Notes under the pieces: model-generated
What the model saw: the letters and a program-made list of their open reading frames with translations, nothing else
Told to the model about the DNA's origin: nothing
Databases searched by the model: none
Shown: positions 62,795 through 64,000 of the stretch, in pieces
How the letters are laid out: the number at the start of each line of letters is the position of its first letter
How positions within the stretch are numbered: position 1 is the first letter of the stretch
Assembly (NCBI GenBank): GCA_951804945.1
Contig: OX638165.1
Coordinates: 13,950,001 to 14,014,000 of the forward strand
Source: Podarcis cretensis
Taxonomy: Eukaryota
Reading direction: 5' to 3'
Length of the DNA: 64,000 nucleotides
Program-made: the position numbers and the translations under genes

Positions 62795-63220
62795 AGGCAG
62801 AGTCTGAGCCGTCCCCTCAGGACCTGACCAAGAAGGAGGTGGACCCTCCCACGTCCCCAGACCAGCCTGCTGGCGAGGACGGCTCTGAGGAGGCCGGCGC
62901 TTGGGACTCGGAAGAGAGTGGCCTTCCTGCCCCGGCCCGGGGGAGGGACCACCGCCGCTACTTCCAGGAGCACTGGCGGGTGGAGTACTTGATGGACTAC
63001 AACGGGTCGCGCCACGGCCTGGTGTGCATGGTGTGCGGGAGCTCCTTGGCCACGCTCAAGATGAGCACCATCAAGAGGCACATTCAGCAGAAGCACCCGG
63101 ACTCCACCCAGCTGAGCCACCACGTCAAGGCCCTCATCGTGGAGGAGTGGAACCAGAAGGTGGCCCGCCTGGCGGACGCGGAAGACTCCTTGCCCGAAAC
63201 AGACGGCGAGGCAGACAAAG
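62795..63220 (+). CDS. ZFTA: ZFTA exon 4, zinc finger 3 (gene continues beyond the window)
   Basis: GRDHRRYFQEHWRVEYLMDYN...[25 protein letters not shown]; CCAG|AG acceptor and AAG|GTAAGG donor, 426 nt, phase 1-1. Confidence 0.93.
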
Positions 63221-63276
63221 GTAAGGGGCAGGCGGGGTTTGAACCCCCCCCCGGTGCATTTTGCTCCTGGTATATT

Positions 63277-63320
<44 letters not shown>

Positions 63321-64000
63321 CTTTATTATTATTATTCAGCCAGCTAGCCTTGGTGATTATCTAATGCTTATTAGATGAATTTCCCCTAAATTGATTTCTG
63401 AACTTTGGATTTTATTGTTAATTCACGTTTTTATACTGTATTTTATGCTGCTTTTACAATTGTTTTAAATTTGTTGTTAGGCGCCTGAGCCCAGTTTTTG
63501 AACCAGGAAGGGCAGGGTATAAATAAATTATTATTATTATTTATTGGTATTGTACAACCTGTGTACAATGAAATTAAACGAGCCTCCCGCCCCCAAACAC
63601 TCAATCTCTTATTGAACAACACACCACCTGGTGCAGGCCTCATTGTGACTACTTGGAGATTTCAGGCTGGAGAATTGAAAGAGATCACAAGGGTCATCTA
63701 GTGCTCCCCCTGCAATGCAGTAATCCTCCCCCCCCCCCGCATTGTGGGGCTCACACCCACGACCTTGAGATTAAGAGCTTGATGCTCTGCTGACTGAGCT
63801 ATCCCAGCTGCTCCAAGATGTGCCAGGGGAAAGCATTCAAAATGTGCTTGTGCTCCTGCAGGCTGAAGCTGTACAGTTCCGCCTCTGGATCCTACTCCCC
63901 GATTTCTGCCTTGTTTTTCGGCAAACTAAACCCTCCAGATGTTTTGGGACTACAACTCCCATCATCCCTAGCTAACAGGACCAGTGGTCAGGGATGATGG

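Overview
This is vertebrate genomic DNA, almost certainly from a squamate (probably a lacertid-type lizard, inferred from Sauria SINEs, RTE-BovB, MIR/Squam3-like SINEs and many hAT/Tc1-mariner MITEs). Three intron-containing genes can be rebuilt with GT-AG boundaries and consistent phases. (1) A DUSP10/MKP5-like MAP kinase phosphatase on + (coding exons 28981-30199, 32935-33234, 33653-33918; 594 aa; probable non-coding exon 1 ending at 17107). (2) SPINDOC/C11orf84 on - (coding exons 46614-46770, 45563-45847, 43922-44026, 41933-42052, 39311-39735; 363 aa). (3) ZFTA/C11orf95 on +, head-to-head with SPINDOC and running off the window end. The main observation is that the DUSP10-like gene sits in SPINDOC/ZFTA (human 11q13-type) synteny rather than canonical DUSP10 synteny, so it looks like a second DUSP10 paralogue that human lacks. 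It has an intact catalytic domain, an eroded rhodanese domain and an unexplained array of six CxxC motifs. This SPINDOC also carries a second, C-terminal SPIN-DOC zinc finger that I do not recall in human SPINDOC. All comparisons to human proteins and loci are from recalled knowledge and need database confirmation.
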